Positions 58,701 through 64,000 of a stretch of 64,000 nucleotides of DNA are shown here, piece by piece. The stretch is from the NCBI GenBank assembly GCA_904063045.1, contig CAJFCJ010000006.1, positions 1,121,771 to 1,185,770 of the forward strand, written 5' to 3'. Each line of letters begins with the position of its first letter. Positions within the stretch are counted from its first letter, which is position 1. Under the pieces are notes generated by a model that worked only from the letters and a program-made list of their open reading frames with translations, did not search any database and was not told the DNA's origin. Position numbers and translations under genes: made by a program. Source of the DNA: Dimorphilus gyrociliatus (taxonomy: Eukaryota; Animalia; Annelida).

Positions 58701-61700
58701 AATGCTAACTTGAGCACTTGTCTTTTTATTAGACAGCATATTTTCAATATTTTTTCCCATTTCCTCAATTTCTGATTCTTCACCAGGCTCTGACTCTTCG
58801 TCTGTTGATAGTATATCTTTCGATTGTAATAACCTAAGTAACGATATTTCTATTTTATATTTCCAATAGTTAAAATTAGAAATCTTACTTATTTTGCAAA
58901 TTAAAAAGTCTCTGGCATTCATCTTTATATCTTTCTTGATGTTCGGCTATTGAAAATCTGTTTCCTCTCGCAAATTTGGAAACTTCTAAAATACCAGAAT
59001 ATATTTTTTAGATGATTTAAAAACGACTATTTAATTTTATATATATTACCTTCCCCTTCTTGACCAGTTTTTACCTGATGAGTTGAGACAGTACGAACAA
59101 GATCAATAACATCCCATCTTGAAAGTTGTTTGATCTATTTACGAAAAAGTGATTCCACGAATAACTCTCGAATTATGAAATATTCTTCATCAGTATATAC
59201 CTCGTTTTCAGGAATTCCGTGATTTCTTAAAATTTGTTTAGCATCTTTTAAATAGAGCCTTCTAAGATCAGCATCAGTTCCTGTAACAGTTTTCTTTGTT
59301 TGGACGTTGGGATCATCCTAAATGAACAGATAATAACAATTAAAAATGGTATACTGATCATCCTAAACTTCCAAGAGCTTAAACTATTTTAATACCAGGA
59401 CAGTTACAAATCGACGGCTGAACTATTTATCAATACGAGATAATAGAGTTAAGAAAATGATTGATTTAGAATATTATTCTGAAAAATAATAATAACCGTT
59501 TTAGGCTGTGTCGGTTTATTTGGCATTTTTATGTAAGAGAATCCTTCTCCACAACCTGTGGGGTCAGCAACGCCGCTTAAATCTAACAAGCACTTTCCCT
59601 TCATAGCAGCGATATATGCTCTTGTAGTGTTCCATGGGGCTGTTCTAACTTCATCTTCAATTTTCGATTGTTCATCATCATTTTCTTCTTCCGGTGCAAA
59701 CAAACTTTTCTCTCCATAACCAGCATCAGTCAATCTAAAGGTATGTGTTTTAAGCATTTCAATAAAAAACGCCAGAAATACAAATCTTTACCTTTGTTCT
59801 GCTGCTAATAAACTGTAATAAGCACAACACTGCTCTGGTGAGACCATAGCACGCATTTCTTCTTCACTTGGCAGTCGAAAGTTTTGTTTAAGAACCCACC
59901 AGTTAGAATCTGTACCAGTTCGCTTGAAATCAGCGCACAGCTTCAAACGTTTCCTGATACTGCTTTCAGAATGAGAAGGAAAACTTTTCTTTATTTCTTC
60001 CATCTTAATCCTACGAGGATTGTCGGGTGATTTCCAAAATAATCGATAAATAAAAACTTGTAAGAATTCTTTTATAAAATTATTGGCTCTTTTAGAATTA
60101 GGCCCAGGAACCTCCATAAGAGGGCATGCTTGGCCACTCGTAAATATCGTTTCGATTTCTCTAATAAAATAACTAGAAAAGAATTTTTTTGTAGATTACC
60201 TTGTTTCGTAAATAGATAAATTGTCTTACTTATTACGGTTTCTAATAATTAAAAAGTCGGTGACATTGACCTCGTGCTCATAGATCGGGCTTCTATACAT
60301 GTTATTTTCTACAGCTTGCAAACACTGGCCAGGAGCTAATTGACCCAAGAATGGTGACTGATGAACATAGGATATATCACCAAATTTAAAGACTGGTTCC
60401 TTTACATCCTTTCCTGGTTTCTAATAAAGTTTTAAAGTTGTAGTATTGTACATGAGATATGAATGAAAGAGTTACGTACCCTTTTATAATAATTTTTAAT
60501 TTTGCTCGCCATTCCAACCTGACTGAGGAGGGGTGGATATTCTTCACAATATTCCACCAAAACAATAGTTCCATCTCGTGCAGATAGGTCATCTGCTGTA
60601 CGCATGAAAAACATTTCCCCACCACCGGAAGCTAATCTTTCCAGTTCTCGTTGCTAAAAGTTTTTATTATCATTAGAAATTTGATAATATCAATAATTTT
60701 ATATGCAGGTGGCTAACCTTTTCTTTCCTTCTGATATTTTTTAATAAAGGTAACACTTGATGAGGACCATCTGCTGTCATAGCACCATGAGAATATCGTT
60801 TCAGTGGAGGACGATGCCACTGTCTTAGTCTCATTCCGCCATTATGAGTGGGAAAGAAAGGCTGTCGCAATTCTACAGCTGGTGTTGAATGTTGCAGAAT
60901 AGCTCCAACATTGGATTTTAATGAAGCTTCAGACACTAATTTTGGGTTATAGTATTCATCATTTGACAGGTTAAATGGATCTTTGTTGTCATCTGTTTGC
61001 TCTTCCGTAGGCTATTAAAAAGAAGATTGTGTAACGTACAATGATAAAAACGAAAACATTTACCTTTTCCTCCTCTTCTTCTTCAACATTGATAATACCA
61101 GCTTTACCTAAAATTAATTTTGATTTTTTTACTTCTTTTTTCTGTTCTTTCTGTTTTTGAGTATTCCTTGCTCGATCATTGGGATCTTCGTCGTCAGGAA
61201 TTTTTAATATAATATTTTCGTCATTTGCATCTAATGTTAGCACTGCTGGTTCAGGGATATTTTCCATATTCTGAAATTTCAATTGAAAATACGAAGGCTT
61301 AAGCAAGAAACAACTTAAGACATACTTCAACATCCCAAATTATATCATCCTCCCATCTACCATAAACTAACCCCGGATTTTCAACAGGAAAGATAGATTG
61401 GGTCGTTTTATCAAAAGCGTTTGTTTCTGTATTAATTATAAATTAATAAATAAATTATAATATACAGATCAGTGATATTTAAATTATTGACAGTTACCGG
61501 ATGCCTGTAAAACTCCCGCTACATAAGATTTTTCTTTCCTATGTGACTGAGAGGAAGCTGCAAAGTATAAATTTTTAACTGTGTTTCATGATTGGGAACA
61601 AATTGTCTAACCTCCAAACTGACTTACGAACTGAGAGTAGGTTCTTGCAGTATTATTTGGTATCCAACCAGCTAGTGGTGCCTTCATTTTTTGTTGGCTC

Positions 61701-63458
61701 AATATCCTATGTCGCACGTCATCCGGATTCCAAATAACTTCATCTTCCCAGTGAGTCTGGAGTAAAAAATAAGTCTGTCAATTTCGTAATATTTTAAACA
61801 TGAGAGAATTTTGTTACCTGTGTCACCATGTGATAAGCTTCGTCAGGAAAGATTCTTGAATTTACATCTATATTGTTTGCAGATTCTAAGCTAGAATATT
61901 CTCTTTTCTTGAAATGATGAAAACGACTATCATTGAAAAATAGTTTAACAAAAAATGATAAATTTTACCTTGAAGCCGTAATCGAAATTTCTTCCGCTCT
62001 CATCTACTCCTAATAGATCATACCAATATTGCGAAGGACCATATCGCCAAGGTGCAATATCTGAATTATCTTTTTCTTGAGCAGATTTTTTATCGTTTGA
62101 TAGAGACTTCTTTTCTATTGGTTTTAACATAAGTTCCTGAAATATACAAATAAACGTCTTTTAAATAAGATTTTTTTTAATTCATATTGTACCATATCAT
62201 CTTCTGCAAGTTCCTCGGGTTTTGGAATTTTTCCAACTAAACTATCACTACTCCATTCCCAAGTGAAAAGAGGATCTTCAGTCTCCTCTTTTTCTCCAAT
62301 GGATTTTTTATCTTTATTGGGGTTTTTGTATAATTTTGGCATGTATTGCGGCTTGAAGAGACGTGTAAATCGCAATACTTTGCCATCCTCAAACTCTGGA
62401 AAGAGTTGTCGCACATCGATGTCCTTGTATTCATCAGGCAAGAGATCAGATAGAGGTTTTTTATCAGGACTAGTTTGTCTCATTGGAGACTCTTTTCGAG
62501 GTCTCCAATTGGGAGGGGGCATCAAATCACTATCGCCTTTATTCTCAATATGTTCATCTACTTCTACTATATCCTTCTCTTCTCTTACTTCTACAGCCTC
62601 ATCAATATTTGAATAATCTTCAGCATCGTCTTCAGCTTTCACTTCACCTAAAGTAAAAAAGATATTAAACAAAGTTGAAAAGTAATTATCTTACGAAGGA
62701 AAAAGAAAATGTAGAAGTGAAATTTTTTGTCATTATGAGAATGAACTAAAATGAATAAATTGAAATACAATATAAGTTGAATAAATTGTACCTTCATTCT
62801 GTTTTGTTTGCCAGTCTGTATTGTAACCATCATCATCTTCTTCTTGAGTGATCTCTCTTAAAGGGGAGGAAAATCCGAGTACATTTAAACCATCTAAGTG
62901 TTTTCTGCTATCCTGCAAATAATAATACAATCTATCGATAATTCTTATATACGTGTATTTCCTATTGATAAAATTGTTACACATAAATTCAACCTATTTG
63001 CATAATCATATGAAATATCCAATTGAGTGTTCAGGTTGTTAGGAATTTTTATTTAAGAAAAAGCAAATAGGAATTGAATAATTCAGACAAAATAACCAGA
63101 GGAGAAATTGAGATGTAAAAGATGTATAAGAGATAAATATATTGATGTTTGAATCACTTCATTATCAATATTTCATTACGAGAAATATACTCTTCCTCTA
63201 TAAACATTGATAAAAGATTTCAGTGTTTGAAATTATTTGGTATCTCTTGAAATTTGAAAAAATTAAATGAAAATTTCTAGCAATAAGTTTTATAGCGTTC
63301 TAAAAATCCATGCATCTTATATTTATGCATAATTCTATAACAAACATAAAAATAAATAAAAAATTTACGTCGTCGAAAACATCGTTCTCTAATTCTCCTT
63401 TCTCATCAATACTCCCAAAGAGAAAACCAGTCAGATTTAATTTTTGAAAATTTGACAT
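55702..63458 (-). CDS. TAF1: Transcription initiation factor TFIID subunit 1
   Basis: TAND N-terminus [15 protein letters not shown] from ATG 63458, [56 protein letters not shown], Zn-knuckle [19 protein letters not shown], two bromodomains, acidic tail with stop at 55702. Confidence 0.97.
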
Positions 63459-63768
63459 TTTTCAATTATTAGAAAACTTCATAATTTCCCCGTTAGGATC
63501 GAGTTTTTAAAGGATACCATCCCCTCCAAGCACACATGAGCGATAATATAGTGTACTGATACATGGAGTTTATAGTACAAGCGAAAGGGACGCGTTCCTC
63601 GTTTTCGAAAATTCTCTAAAATAATAATTATTATAAAAATATTAAACGTTTCTGGAACGAGATGTATAAATTTTATACGAAAACTGATCTCTCCGTGTCT
63701 TTGTTCACTTATTATCACTCATTTTATATTTCGGTATTTTTGCTTTTATGTAACTTAAAGAAAAACAG

Positions 63769-64000
63769 ATGTCAAATATATCTCCCTCAGTTCCCTCTCT
63801 ATTGTCAAATTCTATTGAGTCAGAGGTCGATCGAACTTTATATGTTGGAAATATTGATGAAAAAGTCACTGAAGATTTGTTATATGAATTGTTTGTTCAG
63901 GTGGTATATCTAACAAAGTTACTTAATTAAATACAGAATTCTATAATTAAAATAACAGGCTGGTCCGCTTGAATCAGTCTGCATACCACCCTCGAAAGAA
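63769..64000 (+). CDS. RBM7: RRM protein of the RBM7/RBM11 type, 5' part only
   Basis: ATG 63769: MSNISPS..EVDRTLYVGNIDEKVTEDLLYELFVQ|AGPLESVCIPP; DRTL..VGN..KVTE.LL.ELF.QAGP fits RBM7/11 better than SF3B4. Head-to-head with TAF1 (~310 bp). Confidence 0.8.

Overview
A 64 kb window of an AT-rich, very gene-dense animal genome with mostly ~55-70 bp GT-AG introns and the standard genetic code. The compact architecture and an E/K alternative NALCN pore exon suggest a miniaturised spiralian such as a small annelid; this is inference and the species cannot be fixed from sequence alone. Recognisable genes in order: OGFOD1 (truncated by the window edge), CFAP46, a gamma/delta/zeta-type sarcoglycan, MORN4, NALCN, cytosolic SerRS, an Ack-like/PR2 tyrosine kinase, a DUSP, an LPP/zyxin LIM protein, FoxL2, ferrochelatase, EBP, TAF1 and the start of an RBM7/11-like gene. 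No rRNA, tRNA, CRISPR array or intact mobile element was found. The main signal is that the three longest introns each carry a gene-sized cargo. (1) A 1.46 kb intron of an unrecognised ubiquitin-like/4TM/armadillo gene holds a mucin-like receptor ORF that is in frame with the host donor and keeps 4TM topology, so it may be a swappable terminal exon. (2) An Ack-like kinase with HRD changed to HKN (predicted pseudokinase) hosts an intact antisense dual-specificity phosphatase whose stop codon overlaps the host 5' splice site. (3) A NALCN intron hosts an antisense, spliced, half-length NCS/KChIP-like gene. Also present: mutually exclusive NALCN domain-II pore exons (EEEE vs EKEE), a predicted single-pass membrane protein with a cytoplasmic calmodulin-like domain, a secreted six-cysteine peptide and an orphan with a ZNF451-like tandem SIM. 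All gene models were spliced by hand and need transcript support.
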